In this document: positions 36,158 through 46,495 of the stretch, in pieces
Position numbering within the stretch: the stretch's first letter is position 1
Layout of the letters: each line of letters begins with the position of its first letter
From: Paramoeba atlantica
Lineage: Eukaryota; Protista; Discosea
NCBI GenBank assembly: GCA_977017575.1
Contig: CDRNVI010000059.1
Coordinates: 124,001-188,000 of the forward strand
DNA: 64,000 nt
Direction of reading: 5' to 3'
Notes under the pieces: generated by a model
Told to the model about the DNA's origin: nothing
Seen by the model: the letters and a program-made list of their open reading frames with translations, nothing else
Databases searched by the model: none
Position numbers and translations under genes: made by a program

Positions 36158-36847
36158 ATGGAGAGTATACAGAGGTGCGATTTGCGACGGAGTCAATTCA
36201 GGCATGCCTCTATGCCTGAGAAAGCCTTGACGCAATTTTTACGTAATATTGTTCACGATGAACCCTCATGGGATCCACGCGTTCCGTTGTCACAGTGGCG
36301 CGGCGTACGAAGAGAAGGCAATTCTATTGATTGGCGCAGAGTTCAAGAGCACGAAATCGTGCTTTCTGGCAATTTTACCTGGGAATACCTTCCTGAAAAT
36401 GTTCATTTCTTTCGAATCTCTCAACAAGGTCTCTCGGGTCCGGTTGATACTGCATTGTTACCCATCGAAATGGAAATCTTGGACATTTCCTACAATAGAT
36501 TTTATGGAATACTTGACCTAACAAGTCTCCCACCAAATATGCGAAAACTTTATGCTCACTTCAACTCATTTGGTGGGAGAATTTCTCTTTCATCTTTACC
36601 TGAAGGCATGGAACTGATAAACTTGTCATGGAATTATTTCAAGGGTGTTGCCGACGCATCTAACGTACCTGATTCCTTGAGTTTTTTGCATTTGCATGGA
36701 AACGACATCATCCTATTTCCCGAAGAATTAAGCGTTAGAAACGTAATGAGTGATGCGGACAAGGTTAATGACTGGGGTTTTGTTGCATATTTGACAGGAT
36801 TAGGCTACATGGCCCTGGGTGCATGGCTGATTTCACCGGATACTTAG
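36158..36847 (+). CDS. LRR family protein 8 with C-terminal hydrophobic helix
   Basis: PSW..RVPLSQWRGV cap, about 5 LRRs, ends WGFVAYLTGLGYMALGAWLISPDT. Confidence 0.85.
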   Translation: MESIQRCDLRRSQFRHASMPEKALTQFLRNIVHDEPSWDPRVPLSQWRGVRREGNSIDWRRVQEHEIVLSGNFTWEYLPENVHFFRISQQGLSGPVDTALLPIEMEILDISYNRFYGILDLTSLPPNMRKLYAHFNSFGGRISLSSLPEGMELINLSWNYFKGVADASNVPDSLSFLHLHGNDIILFPEELSVRNVMSDADKVNDWGFVAYLTGLGYMALGAWLISPDT

Positions 36848-38495
36848 TCTTGAAAATTATGTAACTCAGTACCTCACATCTGTTTCTCTGTGTGGTCTTC
36901 TGTGGGCAAAGATCAAGTTCATACCTATTCATATGCCTTCATCTATACATAAAGAAAATACTATAATTTGTAAGAATTTAATCAAACTTTTGTGCATAAT
37001 ACTTGTATGATAAGCTATTTTTTTATTTAGCGTAGACGTTTTTATTTACCGGGTAGACATTGTAAACATATTGTAGAAACAAGCTGCAGGTATATAGATG
37101 TATGATGATAAAATAGTGATGTTGAATATGTGAGATTGCACAAAACTACTTCACTTCGCATTAATTACTGTGCCCCCGCACTTTTAGTGTCTTTTTGCAA
37201 AAAAAATGAATAAAATTGTAGGAAAAATATTTGACCTTTTTTTACCAAAAACGTAGAGTAAATATGGTGTAAATTTCTACTATTTACAACATTTCTAATA
37301 TTTACAGAAATCATTGAAACTTGGTCATTAGTTCCCTTTATCCATTCAATGACTGCTGATTCTCACGAAAACGAGGCACCAGACAAAACACACACTCTTG
37401 AATCGGCGATTTCAGGTCCTTTGGTCCGCTGATTTACGGTTATTCCACCAGTGCCGAGAATAGGCCCCCTTGTGGCCAGCCGTTCTTCTCCCAACACACT
37501 TGATTCTCTTGCCATCAGCACACCTAGGACCTCTAGAGTGTGTTTAACTATGTAAGAGAATTTGAATGTCTGTCTGAGCGAATTCAACGCAAAAATGCTG
37601 AGCGAAATGTATCGGATCAGTTTAAGAACTGTCCGAAGCACATACGTACCCTAAAGGTGACCTGCAGTGACCTCACTACAGGTTACTACATTTTTTATTA
37701 ATGAGATGACGCAAACTTGAGGACGCAAAACCGCCCCGCATCTCGGGGGTTAAGACATCTGTTTCGGAAAATTATATATGTAATAATATATGTAATAATG
37801 CGGTATTTGAGAGTACTGTCACCCATGTAACCTACTAGTATCAAATTTTTATGACGGCAATCAATATGGCGTTCATATTACTGACATGCATGTCATTCTA
37901 AAAATTCGTGATCCTTAGAATCATGATCCTTAGAATCCCTTCATAGATGATGACCTTATTGCTCTTGTCTACCTCGTCGTCGAGCATTAGAGTCTACACT
38001 GTAGACTCTACAGAACCTCTGACGACACTCAGGCGCCATATATCGCTCTGGAGTCGAAAGCTTAGAATGATGGCACTGATCTTGAACAGAAGCGTCTAAA
38101 TGCTCAGACGCATGCCACTTGATTGGACGCCTGGAATAGGAATTCTAGGAGGCGTTTTAGCGAGAAGGTAGCTGTACTACGCGAGACCTGTTTTCTCCGC
38201 AATCGTTTCGCACCTCGCGCCGTGAAACCGTTGGCAGCCCAGAGCGCTCTGGTATTGGATCAACATTTGCCTTGCATTGGTTTCACTTGCTGAATCGCTC
38301 TCGTGATATTGCGGCGAAGATCTGCGACTGTGAAACCCAGCCAGGATGAAGTCCGACACGATAATAACACTCAGATATGCAAAATGCAACAAAAATTAGG
38401 CAAAACGGTCATACGATAGTTTTCGTGCACCCCCCCCATTGTATAATGGCAGCTCTCCTTTCTTCACGTTATTTTCGATAAAGACCTTTTACGAG

Positions 38496-39083
38496 ATGAT
38501 ATATTCTTCTTTTGCAAACGCCGCCGACAATATTCCATCCTCTCGACTGGGAAAAATTCGCGGCGTTCACTTACCTACTGAATACGAACTTGAGAAGTTG
38601 ATAAGAGGTGTACAGAACCCGCATTCCTCATGGAGCGCGAACACACCTGCATGCGAGTGGCATGAGGTAACCTGCAATGATGAAGGAGAGGTCACGAGGA
38701 TAGAGTGGTCCGGTCTCGGTTTGCGTGGTACATTGGATTGGAAGCACATTCCAAAAACCGCAAAGTATGTCGACGTCATGAACAATGAGATCGAGGGAAC
38801 ACTTGAGCTATCAGCACTTCCACGTGAATTAGAAAAATTTTGGGCTGGAGAGAACAAACTTTCTGGCTCTCTTCAATTCTGTGATCTTCCACCAACACTA
38901 GAAATACTTAACTTAAGTGAAAACTACTTTACTGGGCATGCTGACTTGTCTTGTCTTCCATCTGAGCTTAGAGGCATGAATATTTCGGGCAATAAAGGTT
39001 TGAGAGGTACTGTGCATACGTCGAATCTCTCTGAAACTTTGACATACAGGTGTGTTCGGAACACGAAGATCACTTTTATTTAG
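38496..39083 (+). CDS. LRR family protein 9
   Basis: AAD...SRLGKIRGVHLPTEY, NPHSSW..PACEWHEVTC, about 4 LRRs. Confidence 0.9.
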   Translation: MIYSSFANAADNIPSSRLGKIRGVHLPTEYELEKLIRGVQNPHSSWSANTPACEWHEVTCNDEGEVTRIEWSGLGLRGTLDWKHIPKTAKYVDVMNNEIEGTLELSALPRELEKFWAGENKLSGSLQFCDLPPTLEILNLSENYFTGHADLSCLPSELRGMNISGNKGLRGTVHTSNLSETLTYRCVRNTKITFI

Positions 39084-39509
39084 GGTGCGCAGAATCATAA
39101 AAAAGAATACAATGATGCATGTAAGATGTTTTTGAGTCTTAATTTTTTTGTTGTTAAGAAGCAGTCTGCTAGGCTTCGTATTTGTGACAAAGCTGAATAT
39201 TTCTTCTTATTCCTATTCGCTCTGCTCATTTCCTGTTTATATTAAGAGTCACTTACTCAAAATAAGACACAATTAAAGGTAGAGATAATTTATGTTTTTC
39301 TGAGAAATTTGCTCTTCAATAACAAGGCAAATGACCCATTGAAATGAGGTAGATATCTTGTTACCGTAGAATCAGCGAGATCGGTCAAATGCGCTATTCT
39401 TTTCTAAAATACAACAAAAGATCTCAAATAGATCGCAAAAATAGACCCCTGGTCCTTCTATTTCCGTCCCTGTCTCTATTCACTTTGCTGAATCACTTTA
39501 TACGTTTTC

Positions 39510-40862
39510 ATGGTCCGAAAGATGCGTAAGCGAGCGAGACGCTCACGCGAGTTCCAGCACCGTGCTTTACTTCTTTCCTATATTGGGACATCCTACCGGG
39601 GGTTACAACTCCAGCCGGAGCACTCGGATACAATAGACGACGCTCTCCTTCGTGCGGTTCACGAGGAGGGGCTGCTGCCCGAGTACCCTGGGGGGAGCCT
39701 GCGCTATCACCGTAGCTGTCGCACCGATAAGGGTGTCCATGCGCTACGGAATTTAGTCTCCCTTGAGGTTCCCCGTGAGATTTTTCACGATTCGGGAAGT
39801 GAAACAAAAACAGAGGCGTGTTACGTTCGTCGGATCAATGAGCGATTGCCCCATGATATCAATGTTATTCGTTTTCCTCGTGTCACTTCGGATTTTCGCG
39901 CGCGAGAGTCGTGTTCCCGTCGTCGGTATCACTATCTTATCCCCTTGTACGCATTGGAGCCTGAGGCGGATGACGCGGAAGACTTTAAAAGAGTATTGGA
40001 ACAAAAGGAGCTTTCGCACACCGCGGGAAGAAAGATTGAAATTATGTGTCAGAACGATGACAATGGATGCGATGAGGTTAAGAATGCCACGAAATCATCA
40101 CCGTCCTCCCAGTCTTCTAATGAATCCCATACCCCAGCGTTGGTTCCTTACTATACAGACTTGGTGCGCCGTTTTAACGAATACGCGTCGCAATTTCTCG
40201 GAGTGCACTGCTTTCATAATTTCGTAGGTGAAAAAGAACGACTGACCTCCAAGAGTGATGAAAGCGTGCGAGTGATTCACCAATGTGAGATCTTGACAGG
40301 CAATTTCCTCTATCTGGCGTCCGATCCCGTAGTTGAGTACGTCGTCTTTTGCATCGAAGCCCAGAGTTTTCTTCTTCACATGATTCGAAAAGTTGTGGGT
40401 ACATGTATTGCTCTCTGTCGTGGGGTACCCAGTGATTTGCTCGAGAAAGCTCTGCAAAAAGGGTACGTCGTAGATACTCCGCTATCGCCGGCATCGAATT
40501 TATATCTGCACACTCCCTACTACTACACTTATGACAAAAACCACAATATCCGGATGCGTCAGACCTGTTCTCAGAGTACCAATGCGTGCGTTGGTCTTCC
40601 TTGTAGTGATTCACATGTTCAGCCAAACGAAAATGGTCGTTCATTAACAGAGAGCTCAGTTCCACTGCAGGAGGAAACTGCTCCGTCGGAAGATCTTTTT
40701 CCTAAGATAAGTTCCTTGTGGGAGTCTTCGGAAGCCATTGATCGCTTTCAACGTCGCATATGGGAAGAAATTGGACGTATTGAGAAGGAAAGCATGTCCA
40801 TGACAAAATTTATTAGAATGCTCCGGATGCATAACTGGAGCATACGCAAGGAGAGCGTGTGA
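39510..40862 (+). CDS. PUS1: tRNA pseudouridine synthase (TruA/Pus1 family)
   Basis: LLLSYIGTSYRGLQ, SCRTDKGVHA (catalytic D), F.ARESC..R.Y.Y, G.H.FHNF, I.AQSFLLHMIRK.VG. Confidence 0.9.
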   Translation: MVRKMRKRARRSREFQHRALLLSYIGTSYRGLQLQPEHSDTIDDALLRAVHEEGLLPEYPGGSLRYHRSCRTDKGVHALRNLVSLEVPREIFHDSGSETKTEACYVRRINERLPHDINVIRFPRVTSDFRARESCSRRRYHYLIPLYALEPEADDAEDFKRVLEQKELSHTAGRKIEIMCQNDDNGCDEVKNATKSSPSSQSSNESHTPALVPYYTDLVRRFNEYASQFLGVHCFHNFVGEKERLTSKSDESVRVIHQCEILTGNFLYLASDPVVEYVVFCIEAQSFLLHMIRKVVGTCIALCRGVPSDLLEKALQKGYVVDTPLSPASNLYLHTPYYYTYDKNHNIRMRQTCSQSTNACVGLPCSDSHVQPNENGRSLTESSVPLQEETAPSEDLFPKISSLWESSEAIDRFQRRIWEEIGRIEKESMSMTKFIRMLRMHNWSIRKESV

Positions 40863-41151
40863 ACAACTGATGTTCATCAAAGCTCTGTGCGCATCAATTC
40901 TCTATACGTGCCGCATGACGGGCTTCATTTCGAAAGGGGATTTTTACTGGTCAGTGGATTTTACAATGTGTTTTGTTCACTTTAGATTTTCATAGTGTGA
41001 GGCATAGTCCTTTCTTTTTGATAGTGATTCCGCAGGAATAGCTTGTAGGCATCATCAATGTGTTTCTTATACACTGTTTTCAGTTGAAAACAACGTCAAA
41101 TGTTTGAATGAAGCTCGAATATATTCGTACTAATAAAATCAAAGCAACAGG

Positions 41152-41775
41152 ATGTCTTTTGCTTGTCTGAGTGCTGCCGACGCAGGTTGTCGACCAAGCA
41201 AAGTACGAGGCGCCATCTTACCACAGGAGTACACTCTATTAAGATTTCTAAGCAAAGCTAACTTCTCAGATACATCCTGGAGCACTCAGACTCCAGCTTG
41301 TGATTGGACGGGTATTACATGCAATGCAGACCAAGCGGTAATTCATATAGATTGGAGCTTTGATCTTTTTGCAACTGATCCTCCTGATGTTCATGGTGAA
41401 CTTCTTTGGCAGCATATGCCGCGTACTGTTATGCATTTCGAAGCCAGATACCAGCTCTTGTCAGGGCCCGTAGAATTACCAGACTTACCTCCTGATTTAC
41501 AGGAATTCGACATAAATAACAATAAGTGCGACGGTTCATTGGAATTCACTAGTTTGCCCCGCAGAATTGAAATCTTAGTTTTGCGAAATAATATGTTTTT
41601 TGGTACCATTGATTTGACAAGTCTTCCGGTGGCGATCCGTACGATTGATTTGAGCCGCAATCAATTATGTGGGGAATTAAATTTTATAAAGCTTCCTGCG
41701 AGTCTCCAAAGGTTGAATCTTTCAGATAATGGCTACATAAAGCCTGATCGATTACCTGCAGTTGTCCTTATGTAG
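41152..41775 (+). CDS. LRR family protein 10
   Basis: AADAGCRPSKVRGAILPQEY, PACDWTGITC, about 5 LRRs. Related to LRR-B. Confidence 0.9.
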   Translation: MSFACLSAADAGCRPSKVRGAILPQEYTLLRFLSKANFSDTSWSTQTPACDWTGITCNADQAVIHIDWSFDLFATDPPDVHGELLWQHMPRTVMHFEARYQLLSGPVELPDLPPDLQEFDINNNKCDGSLEFTSLPRRIEILVLRNNMFFGTIDLTSLPVAIRTIDLSRNQLCGELNFIKLPASLQRLNLSDNGYIKPDRLPAVVLM

Positions 41776-42099
41776 CGGAATACAAAATCGTAAGTAAGAC
41801 ACCCGTCTCTAAATACAATACTACTATTGTAGTACACCCCCGCGCAAATGTGTTATAATTTATTAGTATCGATCACGATTTTTGGAATCTCTTTCGGGTT
41901 CCTGTCATTAGTACACGAGAAACCTTGAAGACTCAGCGACTTGCGAAGCGTATCCAACTACACTTCAGTACTTATCCAAATATCAGATATTCATTTGGAA
42001 AAGTAATGTAGCTCTAAAGTTTATATAATCAAAACTAGGAGCTTACCGTGTTAGGTGACTCTTATTGTAGTACTAATTACTGCTTTCAGTGTATTTCAA

Positions 42100-42801
42100 A
42101 TGAATGCAGCACCACCCAAACGACGTAAGTTGGGAAAAGTCAGCATGGCTTCTCTCCCTCAAGAAGCAGAAATGGAAAGATTTTTAAGGGATATGTCTAG
42201 GCCACAAGGCTTCCAATGGAATTTTACTGCCTCGCCTTGCACATGGAGAGGTGTAGAGTGCGATTTTCGGAACCAAATACGTCGTATAGATTGGTCTAAC
42301 CTTTCACTCCTTGGCCAGCTGAACTGGAAATATACCCCTCGCAACCTGCACTCTTTCAAAGCCCACAACAACCAGATCCACGGCACGCTTGTTTTAGATT
42401 TGCTACCTAAAGGGCTACGGTTGATAGATTTAACAAAAAACGACCTCGTGAAAACATTAGACTTGTCCAACCTGCCCGAGAATATCCGCGATGTGTTTCT
42501 AGGAAGAAATTCATTTTCCGGACCCATTGACTTAACTGCTCTCCCCTGTTCGCTACAATGGCTATCGCTTCAGTACAACCTCTTCAACGGGGAGCTCGAT
42601 CTCACTCACCTTCCAGAGAATCTACAAGCTCTGCGTTTAAACAACAATGAATTTATCGGCAGCGTTGCTCTCTCTGCTCTTCCCCGATCGCTTACAGAGC
42701 TCACTTTGGATCACAACAAACTGACCGAAATTCCGGACACCTCTTGTATGCGGCGACCTCTAGAAAACCTAACTTATAATATGAATTATTTTGAAACGTA
42801 G
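42100..42801 (+). CDS. LRR family protein 11
   Basis: RRKLGKVSMASLPQE, PCTWRGVEC, about 6-7 LRRs. Confidence 0.9.
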   Translation: MNAAPPKRRKLGKVSMASLPQEAEMERFLRDMSRPQGFQWNFTASPCTWRGVECDFRNQIRRIDWSNLSLLGQLNWKYTPRNLHSFKAHNNQIHGTLVLDLLPKGLRLIDLTKNDLVKTLDLSNLPENIRDVFLGRNSFSGPIDLTALPCSLQWLSLQYNLFNGELDLTHLPENLQALRLNNNEFIGSVALSALPRSLTELTLDHNKLTEIPDTSCMRRPLENLTYNMNYFET

Positions 42802-42846
42802 TCTTAGAAAAACAAATGGTGAAAGTCAAACATTTTTAAAAAATGT

Positions 42847-43920
42847 CAGGGTTCGCAGAAACTATAAAACTATCAATATAGTACTATATAGTTACTATAA
42901 ACTTTTTTCGAAAACTATAAAAAACTATATTTTTTTGTTTCACATTTTAGGCACTCCGAAGCTCACCAACACGCCATAAATACACGGCAAATTCATTTGT
43001 GTACGATTTTTCTTATTTTTAAACCCGAAAATTGATGCCCGAAATTAAAGTTACGAGGGGTAGTTTCTGCAAAGATTATTTTATTGAACTGCTGCACACG
43101 GAGGGAAGTAAACAAGCCGTTGAATGTAACTTGTGTCAGGAGGGGACGTACCCCAGTCCCATCGCGTGGCCTTGACAGATTGCCTTGTGCGAATCTTGCG
43201 TCCCGAACATCTTCTCACTGCATCGCTGTCGCCGCGCTTTGGCTGGAGCCACCGACGTTATGTCTTGGGACTGAATAACTGCTGCTCACAATTCTATGAG
43301 TTTGAATAAATACAATCATATGAGTCTGAATAAATTACGCGGTGTGTTGTCGAGCGGAGAGTTTGTACTTCCTATCGTCACTCCTTTCGCATGCGTTTCA
43401 TTGCCATTTCCGAGGAGATGACACACTAGTTGATGATATTTTTCGGCGGTGATGGAATCGCGGGGAAGAGGGAGCATGTTTCCATAGCTATGTAACCCAG
43501 GATAAAGTGGACGAGGGAGGTTCTAAAAGCACCTTTAAACCACCACAAAAATAGAATGATATCTCCCGGTTTGTAAAGGATTCCGACGTGCCAAAAGAAT
43601 CTTTAAGGGACATACCCTTCCATTTTTATGGTGGTTTAAAGGTGCTTTTAGAACCTCCCTCGTCCACTTTAGCTTGGGTTACATTTTTTTCAGAATTTCT
43701 TGTCATATCATACGTATGTAAGCGTGTAAGAACGCATGTAGAGGCGTGTGTATGTCCTTCACAAGCGGAGAGGACTCAAAAAATATCACTTGTAAAGTGA
43801 AAAAAACTTTATAGTTTTCTTATAGTTTTATAGTAAAATATAGTAAATATAGTACTATATAGTAACTATATTCAATGAAAAAAACTATATTTTACTATAT
43901 TATAGTTTCTGCGAACCCTG
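42847..43920. mobile_element. hAT-like non-autonomous element
   Basis: TIR CAGGGTTCGCAGAAACTATAA at both ends and ACTATA subterminal repeats as in 123-2022. No matching 8-bp TSD. Confidence 0.7.
43491..43683. mobile_element. Nested MITE with about 60-bp TIRs
   Basis: TGTAACCCAGGATAAAGTGGACGAGGGAGGTTCTAAAAGCACCTTTAAACCACCA and its near-perfect reverse complement. Confidence 0.78.
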
Positions 43921-44019
43921 CATTTTTTCACAAAAAAAATTGTTGTTCTCATTGGATCATATTTTACTCGCAAAGTGATTTTTAGGATATTCGCATATAC
44001 AACTCATTGCCTCGCTTTT

Positions 44020-44270
44020 AAAAAGTTGAAAAAGCAAGCAATAGATTGGCCCCCCTTATCCCCTGATTTATACCCTGTAGAGAACGTGTGGTCTTCCACA
44101 TCAAAACAGTAATAAAATCTAAGATTAGACACGAATTACAAGACGCTATCATTAAAACATTCGACCTTTTAAAAGGAGAACATGTGGACAAATTAAGAAA
44201 TCCATTCACAAACTATCGCAAACGACTTCAATTGGTGATAGAAAAGAAAGGGTATCATATTGGGTATTGA
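44020..44270 (+). mobile_element. Tc1-like transposase 3' remnant
   Basis: P.SPDLYPVENVW and YRKRLQLVIEKKGYHIGY*. Confidence 0.7.
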
Positions 44271-44412
44271 ATACGTATTTAGCGTCATTTTTACGTTCTC
44301 TACACACGATTAATACTTTTATAAAAAAAAGTTCAATAATATGGAAAAAAAAAGTAAAATGTGCACCCTCAAAAATTGTCTGGTCATTTTAGTATTTTCT
44401 TTAATTCAATCA

Positions 44413-44527
44413 TGAAAAGGACGGCTGATTCGAGACGATTGGGTCGAAAAACAGTCCCATACCAAATATTTCGAAAATCGAACAAAATACAAGACCTGTA
44501 GGGGGGGGGTAAATGAAGCTGGACAGG
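44413..44527 (+). repeat. Dispersed repeat; empty-site paralog of the hAT insertion at 123
   Basis: Matches 21-122 and continues GGTAAATGAAGCTGGACA, versus the reconstructed pre-insertion GGTAAAAGAGGCTGAACA (115-122 + 2031 onward). Confidence 0.78.
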
Positions 44528-44951
44528 GGTGTATGTATCTGTACTATTCTCGATGGATTGCTCGTTTTGCTCCGATTTCGAATGTACAGGTAGTATTAGC
44601 TATAGTGTGCTCGCCCGCGCCCCCAAAAACTGTCTTTGACATTCAAAAAAATGTTTTTCATTTTTCCTTAAACCAACAGCAACCTTGACCAAACAAATGT
44701 AAAATATGGATAAAAAAGATGCACATTGTTTTACGTTTTTATTTGTGCCAATATGGTTAGATTCACAGTGTTGTATTTGAGGTTTGCACAATAAATGTTT
44801 TCATTCTCTGCATTATTGAAACAGTCCCGTTTAGCTTAGAAGGTTTTAGCTGTTGAAAGCACAGTTCTTGTGTGCTACTCAACAAGCTCACCACGGACCA
44901 GTTTACTGAATATATTTATTTGAAGATTACGCTTCGATAAATCTAGTTCCA

Positions 44952-45968
44952 ATGTCGCCTTGGGTACTCTATAACCCCTCCACGTGCATTGTGCAAATTA
45001 AAATAACGCTTGACGGGCTTAGCCCACCGATCTGGCGACGCGTGCTGATGGATGACTACGACTCACTCGGTGTTCTCCATGAGGTCATTCAACGTGTAAT
45101 GCCTTGGAACGACGGCCATTGTCATTGTTTTACTATCCTAAATGAGTACTACGAGCGCAATCCAATGACCGAAATCCGTGAGGCGAGGCGTGAGGAAGAT
45201 TACATGCTTCAAACGGTGATCTCATGGGGGGTGAAAAAATTTAAGTACTCGTACGACTATGGCGATTCTTGGGAACACACGATTGAGATTGAAAAAACCC
45301 TTCCGATGGACCCCTCTCTTCGCTATCCGGTCTGCATAAAGGGGAAATATGGATGTCCTCCGGATGACTGCGGGGGTACCGATGGGTACATAGGTATGCT
45401 CCAAACACTGCGCGCACCGGGTGATTCAGAGGAAAAACAAGAATATTTGGAGTGGTTAGGGGGGCCCTTTGATCCGTATGTCTTTGACATGGACCAGGCG
45501 AATGAGCGCCTGGAAGAACTTCGGCCACGTCGACGTGTTCCCAAAGAGTCTGGCACGAAGAAAACAAAGTCGAGCACGTCTAGAAAGAGCAAGATCTCGA
45601 AGAAAGGCACACAGACGAAAGAGAAGGAGTCCAATGAAAAGGTAAAAGACAAGAAAGACGTGAAGGCAACTAAAGCGAAACCAAAAGGAGGCGAAAAGGC
45701 TAAAAAAAAGGCTAAAGAAAAGGCTAAAAAGGTCGAGAAAAAGACAACAACTGCGACAAAGGGGAAGGCCCAAAAGACAAGCACGACTTCCAGTGCGCAA
45801 CAGAAAGCGAAATCGAGCAAGAAAGGGGAGAGCAAGCCCGAAACGAAGAGGGGAAAAGCGAGTACCGTTGGTAAACGCGAACGTGTAGAACGTAAACAAA
45901 CGGCGGCGCAGAAAAAGAACTCGAAAGGAGTTTCTTCTAGCATTAAGAAGGGCACATCACGGAAATAA
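44952..45968 (+). CDS. pRiA4b ORF-3-like domain fused to Lys-rich histone H1-like tail
   Basis: QIKITL.GLSPPIWRRV....L..LHEVIQ..M.W.D.H.H.F, F.Y.YDYGDSWEH.I, YP.CI.G...CPPDDCGG..GY, WLG..FDP..FD are the family motifs. The C-terminal about 140 aa are K/A/T/S-rich. Confidence 0.88.
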   Translation: MSPWVLYNPSTCIVQIKITLDGLSPPIWRRVLMDDYDSLGVLHEVIQRVMPWNDGHCHCFTILNEYYERNPMTEIREARREEDYMLQTVISWGVKKFKYSYDYGDSWEHTIEIEKTLPMDPSLRYPVCIKGKYGCPPDDCGGTDGYIGMLQTLRAPGDSEEKQEYLEWLGGPFDPYVFDMDQANERLEELRPRRRVPKESGTKKTKSSTSRKSKISKKGTQTKEKESNEKVKDKKDVKATKAKPKGGEKAKKKAKEKAKKVEKKTTTATKGKAQKTSTTSSAQQKAKSSKKGESKPETKRGKASTVGKRERVERKQTAAQKKNSKGVSSSIKKGTSRK

Positions 45969-46495
45969 CTTGAACAGCATGTCAGAGTTTTTTATCAATG
46001 TCAAGCATTTCTGTATTTTCGTCTATAGTGCAGTACACATTTTGAGTTTGTATAGAAATGTTTTATTAGTAGATTGCTAAGATACTTTAGCTTCTTAGAA
46101 CACACAGTAGTTTACCTACCCTGTAGTAACCTAGTACAAGTGAGCACGATAGTTATTTATCTCTTAGGACCTCACGGGTCTAATTTGAGATTACAAAGAT
46201 TGTTAGACTGGGAAGGGCGCAACACGCCTTGTTGGAAACGATGTCATCTTGAAAAGAAGAAAGAACAAAAAAAGCAAAAAATCGCGGAGGACGTCTATTG
46301 AAACGCTTTTTCTTGACGGAATTTCATGAAAGCCTTGTGTTGAGCTTTCACTGGCAGAACAACCGACATGTAAAATGTTGTACGTATCATAATAACGTTT
46401 TAAGCACACTGGCGTACATCTCAGTACCCGAATAATCAACCACATAAACACCTATTTAAAAAAATGATTTAAAATTTTCTATTATCACTTCTGCT

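Noticed and set aside
37947-38022. Possible extra C/D snoRNA (ATGATGA...CTGA, 76 nt)
   Set aside because: Single copy, and I cannot match the pre-D sequence to any conserved rRNA or snRNA segment. An internal 9-bp hairpin suggests repeat origin.
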